From: an uncultured virus (IMG/VR IMGVR_UViG_3300018494_000099)
Taxonomy: Duplodnaviria > Heunggongvirae > Uroviricota > Caudoviricetes
DNA: 62,129 nt
Direction: 5' to 3' (one strand)
Virus record (IMG/VR): IMGVR_UViG_3300018494_000099
Shown piece by piece: positions 1 through 10,378 of this stretch; within the stretch, counting starts at the first letter, position 1, and each line of letters opens with the position of its first letter. The notes beneath the pieces are model-generated. The model worked only from the letters and a program-made list of their open reading frames with translations, did not search any database and was not told the origin of the DNA. The position numbers and the translations under genes were made by a program.

Positions 1-1963
1 GATGGCTAGATGCAGCATAGTTATGAGTATGATCTGTTAGCGCATATTCATTATGATTATGGCTTACTGGCGCATAACCCGAAAGATCAGGAGCAGAAAT
101 CTTTCCTATTTCTGTATCTACATACTCCATGGTAGCAACGTCTTTAGCTTTTTTAGGACCAGTCTTAACCGTTGCAGTACCATCTTTATTTACAGTAAAT
201 GCATTTTGGTAGCCTAATATAACTTGATCTGATTCAGTAGAGGTACAGTTACGACCCAGAATAATTGCATTATCATGGTTAGCTACACTGGAGTTGCCTA
301 TAACAATGGCATTAGCAGCATTTGCTACAACATTTTTTCCTATTGCCATTGAAGACGAACCCGCGCTAAGAGCACCAAATCCTATTGCTGTAGAAACATG
401 TCCAAGTGCAGACGCACTATGACCAATAGCTGTGCCATGGCTAGGCTGTGTGAGACTTGCATATTCGGCAGCTCTTAAATCTGATCCATTAGCAAATGAT
501 TTAAATTTTAATACGCTAGGTAATGAAATATCAAATGATAAATAAGTCATTCCTAAAATATACGTTTTATCCGTATTATTATAATCAAACGGTAAAGTTA
601 CTGTAAGGACATAATTACCAACATCTCCCGTCAAGGCGGCTGTATAAGTTTTAGGTGCTTTAGAATCTTCTTGAACAATCACACTAGGAGTTAAAGTAAG
701 TTTCACTGTACCACATGATATATTCCATGAGTATTTGTAAGAAGAGCCATCGTTTTCAATTTTATAATAATCTGTATATGTTTGGCCTAAAGGAAGCTTT
801 ACTACTGTGTTTGCTAAGCAGTTAGTTCCCATAAAGTAGCCAGAAGTAGATTTTTTCTTACCTACTCCAATACCACCTGATTCAAAGCTAATGCTACCAC
901 TTACTTTAACATTACCTTTTTTAGTAACGGTTAAAGCATTACTCGTATTTGAAGATGAGGTACCATTGCCAATGATAAATAAAGCCTCTGCATGGCCTTT
1001 ATTATATGTACCTAGTACCGTCTGATAGTCTGCTGAGCTTCTAGTATAGCAACCCATAGTAAACGCACCAGTGTGTTTTGCCTCAGAGTGCCATCCACCA
1101 GCAGTAGCGTTTTTAGCGCTGGCTTCAGTATAACCATTGAACGCAAATCCGTAATCACCGGAAGCTGTAGTGTAATAACCAAGCGCCACACTAGAAGGAC
1201 CTTGTGCCTTAGCGTTGTTACCCATAGCGGTAGACTGAGTTCCAGTAGCTTTACTGGTTAATCCTGCTGCAATGCTCTCTTGGCCTAATGCTTCACAAGC
1301 GGCGCCAGCAACTAAAGCTCTATGACCTGCTATAGTATCTTCTCCGAAAGCTACTGTGAATTTTCCTAAAGCTCTAGCGTTTTTGCCCATAGCTACTGAA
1401 CTATTATTAACAGCAGAAGAGTTTATTCCAGCAGTAATAGTATTAAAACCAATATCAATAGTTCCTAGTTCTGGATAACCTTCAATTATAAAGTTATTGT
1501 AAACATTAAAGTTTGCAGGATCATCTTTTTTAGGATTAGAGGTTCTATCTTTATTATTTTCAAGATTTACTTGAATAAAATTACCTTCAGTAGGGCCATC
1601 ATTAACAACAATTTCACGGTTATTTACATCAACGCTTGCAATAGTTCCCTTATGATATGAAGCAGATCGCACTACTAAAGAATAATATATTTCATTTGGA
1701 TTTGCATCTACTGCCTCTTTTAAGTTTGTTAATTGAGTTTTAAGTTCTTCATCGCCTGCACCATCAACAATCTCCATTTCAGCATTTCGAATTCCTACTT
1801 TGATTTTATTGTCAATGATTGCTAATTTTTGGTCGCCTTGAGGATAAACTTTAAATGCCTTACTAACCGAGTTGACACCTAGTTTTGTCGACATTTCATC
1901 GACTAAAGCTAGTTTATCTTCAATTTGTTTACCGGTATAAGGTAAATCATAAAATTCACTCAT
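1..1963 (-). CDS. Tail fibre / receptor-binding protein with YadA-like head repeats and HxH fibre repeats (runs off left edge; not in ORF track)
   Basis: ATG at 1963 after AAAGGAGA RBS. Hand-translated segments: MSEFYDLPYTGKQIEDKL..., STAMGNNAKAQGPSSVALGYYTTASG, LFIIGNGTSSSNTSNALTVTKKG, SAMAIGKNVVANAANAIVIGNSS, and near the edge SHNHNEYALTDHTHNYAASSH. Not every codon was checked. Confidence 0.8.
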   Translation of the reverse strand, partial: MSEFYDLPYTGKQIEDKLALVDEMSTKLGVNSVSKAFKVYPQGDQKLAIIDNKIKVGIRNAEMEIVDGAGDEELKTQLTNLKEAVDANPNEIYYSLVVRSASYHKGTIASVDVNNREIVVNDGPTEGNFIQVNLENNKDRTSNPKKDDPANFNVYNNFIIEGYPELGTIDIGFNTITAGINSSAVNNSSVAMGKNARALGKFTVAFGEDTIAGHRALVAGAACEALGQESIAAGLTSKATGTQSTAMGNNAKAQGPSSVALGYYTTASGDYGFAFNGYTEASAKNATAGGWHSEAKHTGAFTMGCYTRSSADYQTVLGTYNKGHAEALFIIGNGTSSSNTSNALTVTKKGNVKVSGSISFESGGIGVGKKKSTSGYFMGTNCLANTVVKLPLGQTYTDYYKIENDGSSYKYSWNISCGTVKLTLTPSVIVQEDSKAPKTYTAALTGDVGNYVLTVTLPFDYNNTDKTYILGMTYLSFDISLPSVLKFKSFANGSDLRAAEYASLTQPSHGTAIGHSASALGHVSTAIGFGALSAGSSSMAIGKNVVANAANAIVIGNSSVANHDNAIILGRNCTSTESDQVILGYQNAFTVNKDGTATVKTGPKKAKDVATMEYVDTEIGKISAPDLSGYAPVSHNHNEYALTDHTHNYAASSH

Positions 1964-2005
1964 AAAATATTCTCCTTTTTTTTGGATTAACTTTCATATG
2001 CTATA

Positions 2006-2014
2006 TAATTTAGC
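2006..2014 (-). promoter_or_regulatory. Late-promoter-like motif GCTAAATTA upstream of tail fibre gene
   Basis: One of 13 intergenic copies, each just upstream of an RBS/start. Confidence 0.7.
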
Positions 2015-2017
2015 AAA

Positions 2018-2059
2018 AAATAAAAGCTTAGAGACATAACAGTCTTCAAGCTTTTATTT
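2018..2059 (-). terminator. Rho-independent terminator after baseplate gene
   Basis: aaataaaagctt..agac / gtct..aagcttttattt inverted repeat with A/T tails. Confidence 0.6.
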
Positions 2060-2075
2060 AGGTCTATTAATAATA

Positions 2076-3380
2076 CTAATTTTTGTTGTCTCCGCTAATT
2101 CTAGTTAGGGTTAGTTGTGTAGTATAACCACTACTATTGATGCTGTCTACTTGTCTAGTAACTATATAAAGTCCGCTCGCCAAGTGCTCGTGCCCACCAG
2201 GAAATATTATGTTCAGACGTAGATATTGCATTAGAGTCGCAGGACGTAGCAGCCCTTGAATTGTTATGGTGGCGGTAATAGGATACTTTGTAGCCTTAGT
2301 CCACCAAATCATGTCTTTGGCTGTAGCATTAAACTCATTAGCTCTAACCATATAAGTGGGTGAATAGACTGTTTCCCATTCACCTTGTTTATTTAATCTA
2401 CGAACATATTCTTCAGAGTGAATCTCTCCTTGGTAGTCATAGTATAAGGAAAAGTTTTCATTTTGCTCAATACTAAAGCTTCGAACAATTGTAGAAGTAT
2501 TATAACCAATGTCAACTTCATAGGCGTCACTGTGTTCTGCCGCATAAGATGTTTTTGTAATTTTAAAGTAGGGTCCACCTTTTCCTCCAAAGCTACTCGG
2601 GTCATATGTTGTATCTAAGATAGTATCATCATGTACTGTTAAAATATAAATATCTTTAGATAGACCTGGTTTTGTTCCTGATGGAACCATGCAGCTTGCG
2701 AGGTATGCGATGTAGTCTAAAGCAGAAACATTTCGTTTAGAATCAAGCACAACGGGTTGGTCATCTCCCGCAATAAGTTTATCTAAGTCACTAATTCTCA
2801 TTCCGGTAAAAGTATCTTGTAAGCTCTTATTACTTCTAAATAGGCTTTTTATTTTTTCACTCGGTTTTACGGCTGCACCTGATGCAAGTTCAGTAATCGT
2901 GCCATCGGCAGTAAGGGCTGCACCAGAAACAGCTTCTATTTGGTATGAAATTGAACTGCGCTCTAAATTAAAACCTTGAGTAATCTTTGTAATTATTGCT
3001 TCTTCATTTTTATACACATACGATGGAACTGAAGCATCACCATAAGAAAAAATAATTTTACGCGTGCTGCTTATACTTGAAAAAACTTTTTCAAAAAAGT
3101 TTGGATCATCAAACTGTGTAATCGGATATATGATATTTAATGAGTATTGGTTTACCTGTCCATTAATTTTAGTTACGGTAAGATCTTGAATATAGTTAGG
3201 ATATTTTATATTATAAGTAGTATAAAATCCATTTTTATCTTTACCTGCCTGTGACTTAGTTTTGCTATCAAAAATTCCAAACGTATAAGTTCCCAGAGTT
3301 ACTTTTACCCACGGCACCTGTATTCTAGTCTGACTAGAAAGTAGGCTTTTTCTTTGTTGTGAAAATTTTAATCCTGCCAT
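2076..3380 (-). CDS. Baseplate hub / tail protein (gp27 / Mu gp44-like)
   Basis: 434 aa beta-rich; C-terminal ATITIQG...SGLYIVTRQVDSINSSGYTTQLTL pattern typical of hub proteins; follows the LysM/wedge gene. Confidence 0.6.
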   Translation of the reverse strand: MAGLKFSQQRKSLLSSQTRIQVPWVKVTLGTYTFGIFDSKTKSQAGKDKNGFYTTYNIKYPNYIQDLTVTKINGQVNQYSLNIIYPITQFDDPNFFEKVFSSISSTRKIIFSYGDASVPSYVYKNEEAIITKITQGFNLERSSISYQIEAVSGAALTADGTITELASGAAVKPSEKIKSLFRSNKSLQDTFTGMRISDLDKLIAGDDQPVVLDSKRNVSALDYIAYLASCMVPSGTKPGLSKDIYILTVHDDTILDTTYDPSSFGGKGGPYFKITKTSYAAEHSDAYEVDIGYNTSTIVRSFSIEQNENFSLYYDYQGEIHSEEYVRRLNKQGEWETVYSPTYMVRANEFNATAKDMIWWTKATKYPITATITIQGLLRPATLMQYLRLNIIFPGGHEHLASGLYIVTRQVDSINSSGYTTQLTLTRISGDNKN

Positions 3381-3706
3381 TAGTTAGTCCTTCCGAAAGT
3401 TACGCCTGCAATATTAGGAATTCGAAGAATGCTGTAGTGGTCTATTAATGAAATAAATGAATCTTGAATATCATTGAAATAAGCAATTACCCACCAGTAC
3501 GTAGGATTATTATAATACTGCAAAGATAGACTATGAAGAGTATCTTCAGAAGTTACTTTATGAGATACATACGGACTATTTTTTAGCATATTATTTCCTA
3601 TACCGTAAATCTCACGCTGTTTTATATCATCAAAATAGTAGGGTACTTGAGTGTATCTGCTTAGATAATCATAGCTTTCATAACTTTTATTCCGTAAAGT
3701 ATCCAT
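3380..3706 (-). CDS. LysM-like baseplate wedge protein (gp53-like)
   Basis: HKVTSEDTLHSLSLQYYNNPTYWWVIAYFN...LRIP is the LysM/gp53 signature. Confidence 0.75.
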   Translation of the reverse strand: MDTLRNKSYESYDYLSRYTQVPYYFDDIKQREIYGIGNNMLKNSPYVSHKVTSEDTLHSLSLQYYNNPTYWWVIAYFNDIQDSFISLIDHYSILRIPNIAGVTFGRTN

Positions 3707-3709
3707 TTA

Positions 3710-4330
3710 TTAATTATCCTCCATTCCCATACCTTTTCGCATAGATGACACTAAGCCTCTAAATGAGCCGTTTGAATAAACTGTTGTAGCATCATAAGGG
3801 TCAACTTCTGCAACTGTGAAACCAAGCCCGACAACAGCGTATTTTTCATTAGAAAGAATTGGTTTTTTGTACGTAACTGCAATTCCACTAGTTACCACGC
3901 CCTTAATAAATACTTGTCTGCCTAGTCTAATCGCAACAAGTGGGGGTTCTATAGCTTTATTTGTTAAATTATACTTAGGTAGCGCAATTGCTTGAAGAGC
4001 CGATATTAATTTATCCGAGTAGTCCTCACTATCATTTAATGTTACATTACTATAGCCGGTATTTGCCTCATCGATCATATCTCTGTGAAATTCTAGATTA
4101 AACTGAACTATTCTTGGACCAGAGTTACTAAATGTGTAGACAGGTGCCGAACGCCCTAAGGCATTTTGGTCAGCAAAAGCAGACTGCATTTGATCAGTAA
4201 CTTCATCGGGGTATTGCGGTAAACGCCAATATTGCGGGGCAATGCCGTCTAAGTGCGAGATATAAATATAACAGTCAGGAAGCGCTCGATTTTTAATTTC
4301 ATTTTCAGTAAAACTTGTTTCAACTGCCAA
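3710..4330 (-). CDS. Tail tube initiator / baseplate protein
   Basis: GRSAPVYTFSNSGPRIVQFNLEF...PPLV...GVVTS pattern of contractile-system tube initiators; synteny. Confidence 0.6.
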   Translation of the reverse strand: MAVETSFTENEIKNRALPDCYIYISHLDGIAPQYWRLPQYPDEVTDQMQSAFADQNALGRSAPVYTFSNSGPRIVQFNLEFHRDMIDEANTGYSNVTLNDSEDYSDKLISALQAIALPKYNLTNKAIEPPLVAIRLGRQVFIKGVVTSGIAVTYKKPILSNEKYAVVGLGFTVAEVDPYDATTVYSNGSFRGLVSSMRKGMGMEDN

Positions 4331-4344
4331 AACTTATCCCTCCC

Positions 4345-6030
4345 TTAAATGTCATATAAATTTGAATAAATATCTACGTTTTCTAAAGTTGTCTTTGCAG
4401 TTACCTGTGGCTTTTTAGTTTTTTCATTTACCTCAACTTTCCAGCTTGCATAAAGCTTCTCAGCGTCTTTATCTACGTAACCTAAAATGTCAAAGCAGTC
4501 TGAGCGCATTTTTTGACCTTTTTGTCGAAGATTTCCGGTTCGCTGGTCTTCTGTTAAATAAACGGGGTTACCAGCTTTATCGTAAACAGTTTTGCCCATC
4601 ATATCTTTTTTAGTTTTATAAATTGGTTTATCATTGTTATCGTATCGAGTGTTCCCGAACTCATCTTTTTCAGTAGCAACAACAATTTTTCCACTATTCA
4701 TTAAATAATCATATAAGATCATCTGCATTTTAGGTTCCCAGATGCCGTCTATTTGGAAACTATAGCCGCAGTCTTCCATTACTTTTTGAAGCCTTTTAAT
4801 GTTATCAGGTGTAGCATCATTTGGGACAATAACATTTGCTACTAAATATTCTATTAGTCGATCAGCAAATGGATATGAAATGCCCGTGTTTATTGCAAGT
4901 AGCTGTAACTTGCTAATGGGCTTAAATTCTCGTAAGTTTATATCCGGTAACTTAGACTCTTTCTCTGTTTTCTTTGTTTCGAAATTAATGATAGTTGAGT
5001 TGGCAAGATACTGCCATCCGCCTTTGCTATTTATGCTATAAAGAGAGTCATTAAAGTTACGGTAGTCACCCTCTAAAACCACTATGCTCGAAGTGTTGGC
5101 TGTGGGAATTTTTATAAATAGCTTAAGTTCACTTTCTCGCACCGCTACCTCGGACCTTAAGATTTTATCAGTATTATGGAATCTTGTATAGGTTTCACGC
5201 ACAGACTCGGATAGTTGTGCTTCTGGTAGAGTATTTTCGGCGTGCCAATTCCAGTAAGTTACATCGAGTTTGTTATAAACATATGGTTGATTAAATAGCG
5301 CTTTCGGAATCTTTGCGTATGTTTGCCTAATAAGGTCTTTTGTTGCTTCTGTAGATAAGTCTAACTTTTCGTTATAAAAACCACAAAAGAGTTCAGCGCC
5401 CTGGTAGCAATCAATTGCTATAGTATATTTTTCAAAAAGTTTTACTGGAAGCATATAGATTTTGTAGTCGGTCTCATAGGTATTTACTGCAAGTGTTTGA
5501 GTATCGTTTAGCGCAAGTGTAAATTTTATGTTATTGCACAATCTGTTGCTGAAGCAGTTGTACATTGACATTAGGTTTATATTTTCATAGTCTCTTAAAA
5601 ATCTGAGATAGTCACCTAAATATTCATGAGTTTGATAGTTATACAAAGCTGTAGGATTTTTTAATGTTTTAGTTAGTCCTAAGATTTTATTACCATTGTA
5701 ATGTTCTATTTTATTGCTTTTCCAGTATTTATTTATTTTACCCTGGTCTGCATTGTTATAATTAAGGCTAGTATCCCAAGAGCTTGTGTCCCAGAAATAC
5801 TGTTGCGGACAGCCATCTTTTAAATAAGTAATTCCCACACCCGAGCGCACTTTAGCATCCGCTATTTTTTTCGGTAAATTAGATTCAATAACTCTTGGAT
5901 CTTCATAACCATGTTCAGCATAAAATTTTTCAAATTCTGCAGTATAGATTTTGCAAGTCGGCAGGTTAAAAGAAGAGAGAAATTGCTTCAGATAACCTGT
6001 AAATATGTGATTATTATTAAATTGTAACAT
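4345..6030 (-). CDS. Hypothetical protein in tail/baseplate module
   Basis: 561 aa ORF between tape measure and baseplate genes; no recognised motif. Confidence 0.6.
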   Translation of the reverse strand: MLQFNNNHIFTGYLKQFLSSFNLPTCKIYTAEFEKFYAEHGYEDPRVIESNLPKKIADAKVRSGVGITYLKDGCPQQYFWDTSSWDTSLNYNNADQGKINKYWKSNKIEHYNGNKILGLTKTLKNPTALYNYQTHEYLGDYLRFLRDYENINLMSMYNCFSNRLCNNIKFTLALNDTQTLAVNTYETDYKIYMLPVKLFEKYTIAIDCYQGAELFCGFYNEKLDLSTEATKDLIRQTYAKIPKALFNQPYVYNKLDVTYWNWHAENTLPEAQLSESVRETYTRFHNTDKILRSEVAVRESELKLFIKIPTANTSSIVVLEGDYRNFNDSLYSINSKGGWQYLANSTIINFETKKTEKESKLPDINLREFKPISKLQLLAINTGISYPFADRLIEYLVANVIVPNDATPDNIKRLQKVMEDCGYSFQIDGIWEPKMQMILYDYLMNSGKIVVATEKDEFGNTRYDNNDKPIYKTKKDMMGKTVYDKAGNPVYLTEDQRTGNLRQKGQKMRSDCFDILGYVDKDAEKLYASWKVEVNEKTKKPQVTAKTTLENVDIYSNLYDI

Positions 6031-6051
6031 ATCTTAGTTCCTCTCTTCTTT

Positions 6052-9000
6052 TTAGAATATTACCCAGTTGCCATTATCAGTTTCATTTGGCTTTGTTGAA
6101 GGTGTTTCATTTTCGATAGACTTTACACCGGTACTACCACAGTTACAATTACAACCGCCGCCAACTACCTTTACTCGGATAGTCTGTGAACCATGAACGG
6201 CTTCTTCAAGTAGATTATATATACCGATCATTGCCATGTCTGCCTTAGTATTAAGCTCTTCATCGGTTTCCTCTTCCTCTCTCGCTTTGACCATCTGCTT
6301 CTTCTTATCATCCTCTGCATCTTGCAGTGTTGCTTTTTTAATATCTTCGCCAGAGCTATTTCCAACATAACCAGACTCTGAAATACTTGCACCGCCAAGA
6401 TTCTGTAAAGGTTGTGCAGAGCCACGCGCAATAACAGGAGCTTTTCCTGAAGTCTTAATTCCGGCACGATTCAACATTGAGGCTCCGACTGATGAGTTCG
6501 TTAGATCGCTTAAACCTGTAAAGAGTGGTCCAAGCGCGCCAAGAGCAGTGCCGGCCATAGAAGCAATAGACATAAGGTCAGCAATAGATGTATTTAAGTC
6601 GACACCAAATCCGAAAACGTTTATGAATGGTAGATCAATACCACTTCCACCAGTGACATCTCTTAGCAGATTAGCTAGTTTAGGAAGTGCATAAAGTATA
6701 GGATTACTTGCTTGTGTGCTAGCCATACTATACATTACATTATCCCACATATTAGTCATACCTTCACTAATACTGGTTCTTTGGTTTAATGTATTCATCA
6801 TAGCCTGAAGCTGCCCAAGCATTCCGCTATAAGCTAAGTTTTGTTTAGAAACATCTTTAACACTTGATGCGAGATTAGTCGCTGCTTTTAAGTCAGATGC
6901 CTTTAAACCATAAACGTTAGCTAATTGCTGCTGAACAACTTTGCTGTCATTTGATGTTTCAGCAATCTCGGCTAAGTAGTTTACCATTGCCTGCATGAGC
7001 TCATTAGTTTCGGTAGCGTCTAATCCTGTTTGTAAAATATCAGCTATCGATTTGCCTGCTTCGTTTGCAGCCATTATTAACAGGTTACCAGTACCGTTTC
7101 CAGTAATTCCACTAATGTCGCCACTTGCAATTTGGCCTAATGCTTGTGCAATGCCTTGTACCGCACTGTCAGACATACCAACTGAATATAACGAGCCCAT
7201 CCATTTTTGTACTTGGTATTCGACTTCAGTTGCAGCAGCACCATCCATAAGTGCTTGCATCTCTTCCAAGCTACTTCTTACGCTTGCTGCTACATTTTCC
7301 AAGTACTCAGAAGTTTCGTACATACTGTTTAAGAAGCTATTTAAAGCAGACTCCATGCCAAGGCGCCCAGCAGTGGTGTCTTGTTGCTGAATGCGAATTA
7401 ATCGCAATAAGGTACCATCAGCGACATTAAATGTATTAGCGATTTTTTCTTGAATAGTCATTAAGAATGCTCGCTGTTTAACATCAAAAGAAATACCTTT
7501 TTCAACTAATGTTTTTATATTATCAACAAGTGTTTCTTGTCTAATAAAAGGTGATGCGCCAGCTATACCTTTTGCATCCTTCAAAAGCTGCTTCCAATAA
7601 GAATTGCCCTTCAGCTCGTTTACTTGTGAGCCCTGTAGTCGAGTATCTACGATACCCTGCATAGACGATATTTTTTTAACGTCAGCATCAAGTACTGCTT
7701 GTAGACCGCCAGCAGCCTCGGCAAGTAACTCGAATTGTGCAGCTAGTTTTGCAGAGCTATCACTAAGTCCAGAATCTTTTAATTCGGCAGTACGCTTATT
7801 CATATATTCGCCATAGGACTTCTTGATATCGGTCATTGAGAACTCACCGGTACCAAATTTCTTTAGTCCGTCGGTTATTCCGCCAACAGCTTCTTTTCTA
7901 GCAGCTTTATTATCTTTTCGTGCCTTATCTTTTTCAAACTTTTCTTGGCTAACGGAATACTTACCAGCTTTTTTCTGGTATTCTTGGTATTCTTTTAGGC
8001 CACTGAGTCTTTTTTGCTGAAGCTCTTGGGCCATAAGCTCTTCGCTATGTGTGCGTTCCCAAGCTATTTCGGCTTCAGTTGTATACCGCTCTTCAGCAAG
8101 TTTATTTTGCTCTTCGTAAAAAGCATTTTCACGCGCCTGCCGAGCCTCAAGTATATATTGTTCTTTGTTCTTTACAAGGTCTTTGGCTTTTGCCTCTGCA
8201 TTAATACCAGCCAGCGTAAGATCATTTTGTTTATTTTCATGTCCGACCTTAAGCGCTTGTTCTGCTTCAGTTAAGTATTTTTTTCTATTGGCCTCAAGGT
8301 CATCTTTTTTTGCTTGAGCTGCAATAAGGTCTTCCATTGCCTTATGCTCTGCTTCGATATGCCCAATGCGTAATTTATGAGCTTCTTGATTAAGAACAGT
8401 GCTATTGTTGTTTTCAATAGCTTTTAATTTAGCCTCAGCTGCTATTTGCTCTTTCGCAAGTTTATTTTGCTCTTTAAGCTGTGCAATTCTAAGCGCCCTA
8501 TCTTCTTCTTGCGCATATAGTGCACGATTGTGCTCAAGATCCTTTGCCTCAGCCTCAGCTGCAATATTATCTAGTATGGCTTTTAAGTTTGCATTAGCAT
8601 GCGCATTTTCAAGTTTTTGGGCCTCTTGCTCTAAGAGTTCTTTTTCATGAGTTAATGCAAATGTTAAAGCAGCTTCAGTATTTATACGCTCTTCATTTAG
8701 CTTGTTTTGATTATCTGCATATGCCTGTTCTTGTGCCCAATATGCTTCTTGGAAATACTTTGCGTCATTATTCTTAAGATCTTCCGCTTTGGCCGCTGCA
8801 CTGTTCCTAGCTGTCTCTGCTTTATACGCAGCTAAAGAATGCTCATTCCTAAGTTTTTGTCCCTCTAGGTCTAAAAGCTCTTTTTTATGAGCAAGTGCAT
8901 ATGCTCTGGCCTCTTCTGATTTTATATACTCAGTAGTGAGTGCATTTCGCTTTTCTGCGAAGCTGTTTTCTAAAGCTTGTTTTTCTTCGTCGATATACTT

Positions 9001-10095
9001 TTGCCTATTAATTTCAAGGTCCCTAGTTTTTGCACTAATAGCTTCAGCTTTTTCAGCAGATCCTCGAGCTTCATCAGCATGTGCTTTTCTTAACTGGTGC
9101 TCGGCGTCAGCTGCACGGAGTCGCTTAGTGAGCACACTAGCTTCATTAAATTCTTTGAGCTTTTGCTCAGCATCATTAGCCGCTTCAATACTTTTTAATA
9201 GGTCTCCCGCCGCGTCTATTGAAGCTTGCGGAGCTTTTTCTCCCTTTTTGACAATTGCGTCTAAATCTTTACGTGTTTGTGCATTATCTTTTCCAGCTAA
9301 AGATTTTTTAAGGTTATCGAATTCGTTACTAACAGACTCAAAAGAATGTTTACCTAAGTCAACCTCTTTTAAGCCTTTTGCGCTATCAGTAAAATTCCGT
9401 TCTTTGGGCTCTTCTGACTTAACCTCAATTGGTTTATCACCATCTGGAGGCACCTTAGCGACATTCGTTGGTACATTTGTGGAAATGTTAGTCTTAAGAT
9501 CTTTTGCAGCTGAAGGTGAAGTATTTTGAGCTTTTGACTCTTTTCTATTATCCTTATTTTTTGCTTTGCTAAGGTCAGCTACAGTACTGTGTAATGAGCC
9601 AAGCGTTTGATCGATTGAACTTACTAGATTAATAAGTTCAAGATTGTTAGTTTTTCCAGAGTCTGCAGTCGTTTGTTTAGCTTTGGAAGTAGGCGAGTTT
9701 TCTTTGGCGCTAGAAGCCGGTCGCTTTGCAGACGCCTGGTTTTTCTTATTGGTTATCTTAAGTAGCTCTTCCGCTGCATCTTTGGCTAGTTGAAATTCTT
9801 TTTGAATTTCTTTTTTACGTAATTCGAACTGCTTATCGGATAGTGTTAATCTTGCATTTGCAAGGTCTCTTATTCCGGCTTCTTCCTGAGCAATTAAGCG
9901 ATCTAACTGCTGTATTTTTGCCTTTTGTAACTCGTTTAAGTTTTTAAGCTTCCGCTTCGCTAGTTCCTCCTCAGCAGCCATTTCTGCTGCTCCTATCGAC
10001 ATAGTAGCTTTATCTAGCTCTGACTGAAATAGCTTTAAGTTTTCAGTATCATTTCTTAAATTAAAAGCATCTTGTTGATTGTTTTCAAAAGCCAC
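6052..10095 (-). CDS. Tape measure protein
   Basis: 1347 aa, Ala/Glu/Lys-rich helical with 40/80-aa repeats and a Gly/Ala-rich hydrophobic C-terminal part; follows tube and chaperone genes. Confidence 0.75.
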   Translation of the reverse strand: MAFENNQQDAFNLRNDTENLKLFQSELDKATMSIGAAEMAAEEELAKRKLKNLNELQKAKIQQLDRLIAQEEAGIRDLANARLTLSDKQFELRKKEIQKEFQLAKDAAEELLKITNKKNQASAKRPASSAKENSPTSKAKQTTADSGKTNNLELINLVSSIDQTLGSLHSTVADLSKAKNKDNRKESKAQNTSPSAAKDLKTNISTNVPTNVAKVPPDGDKPIEVKSEEPKERNFTDSAKGLKEVDLGKHSFESVSNEFDNLKKSLAGKDNAQTRKDLDAIVKKGEKAPQASIDAAGDLLKSIEAANDAEQKLKEFNEASVLTKRLRAADAEHQLRKAHADEARGSAEKAEAISAKTRDLEINRQKYIDEEKQALENSFAEKRNALTTEYIKSEEARAYALAHKKELLDLEGQKLRNEHSLAAYKAETARNSAAAKAEDLKNNDAKYFQEAYWAQEQAYADNQNKLNEERINTEAALTFALTHEKELLEQEAQKLENAHANANLKAILDNIAAEAEAKDLEHNRALYAQEEDRALRIAQLKEQNKLAKEQIAAEAKLKAIENNNSTVLNQEAHKLRIGHIEAEHKAMEDLIAAQAKKDDLEANRKKYLTEAEQALKVGHENKQNDLTLAGINAEAKAKDLVKNKEQYILEARQARENAFYEEQNKLAEERYTTEAEIAWERTHSEELMAQELQQKRLSGLKEYQEYQKKAGKYSVSQEKFEKDKARKDNKAARKEAVGGITDGLKKFGTGEFSMTDIKKSYGEYMNKRTAELKDSGLSDSSAKLAAQFELLAEAAGGLQAVLDADVKKISSMQGIVDTRLQGSQVNELKGNSYWKQLLKDAKGIAGASPFIRQETLVDNIKTLVEKGISFDVKQRAFLMTIQEKIANTFNVADGTLLRLIRIQQQDTTAGRLGMESALNSFLNSMYETSEYLENVAASVRSSLEEMQALMDGAAATEVEYQVQKWMGSLYSVGMSDSAVQGIAQALGQIASGDISGITGNGTGNLLIMAANEAGKSIADILQTGLDATETNELMQAMVNYLAEIAETSNDSKVVQQQLANVYGLKASDLKAATNLASSVKDVSKQNLAYSGMLGQLQAMMNTLNQRTSISEGMTNMWDNVMYSMASTQASNPILYALPKLANLLRDVTGGSGIDLPFINVFGFGVDLNTSIADLMSIASMAGTALGALGPLFTGLSDLTNSSVGASMLNRAGIKTSGKAPVIARGSAQPLQNLGGASISESGYVGNSSGEDIKKATLQDAEDDKKKQMVKAREEEETDEELNTKADMAMIGIYNLLEEAVHGSQTIRVKVVGGGCNCNCGSTGVKSIENETPSTKPNETDNGNWVIF

Positions 10096-10123
10096 TTAAG
10101 ATTTCCTCCCGATAATTTTTTTC

Positions 10124-10378
10124 CTACCTAAATTGAGCACCTTGTCGAGCGTCTTCAAAAGCTTTTCGGGTAGCATCGTTTTTAGCGTTAATAAATTCAA
10201 TTAGATATATTCTTTCTGCATAAGATAGATCAAGTATATCTGTATAGCTGGTATGTAAGCTATCACTTATATACCAGCATTCTTTAACTAATTCTTTAAA
10301 GTGTTTCGGGCCATAAGGCGAGCCGTCATTAGATGTTTGTGGGTCTAAAAAACTCGGGCCCGAAGCGAAAGAACGACG
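10124..10378 (-). CDS. Start-less open frame encoding a gp51 / tail-chaperone-GT-like segment, probably expressed by frameshift from the upstream gene
   Basis: Open from the TAA at 10379-10381 to the TAG at 10124-10126 with no ATG/GTG/TTG: ...LDPQTSNDGSPYGPKHFKELVKECWYISDSLHTSYTDILDLSYAERIYLIEFINAKNDATRKAFEDARQGAQFR. Confidence 0.65.
   Translation of the reverse strand, partial: RRSFASGPSFLDPQTSNDGSPYGPKHFKELVKECWYISDSLHTSYTDILDLSYAERIYLIEFINAKNDATRKAFEDARQGAQFR

Noticed and set aside
1..1963. Diversity-generating retroelement targeting the tail fibre
   Set aside because: No reverse transcriptase or template/variable repeat pair seen in this window; the fibre C-terminus lies outside it.
8425..8433. 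GCTAAATTA inside the tape measure gene
   Set aside because: Coding context (Ala-Lys-Leu) with no evident downstream start; likely chance.
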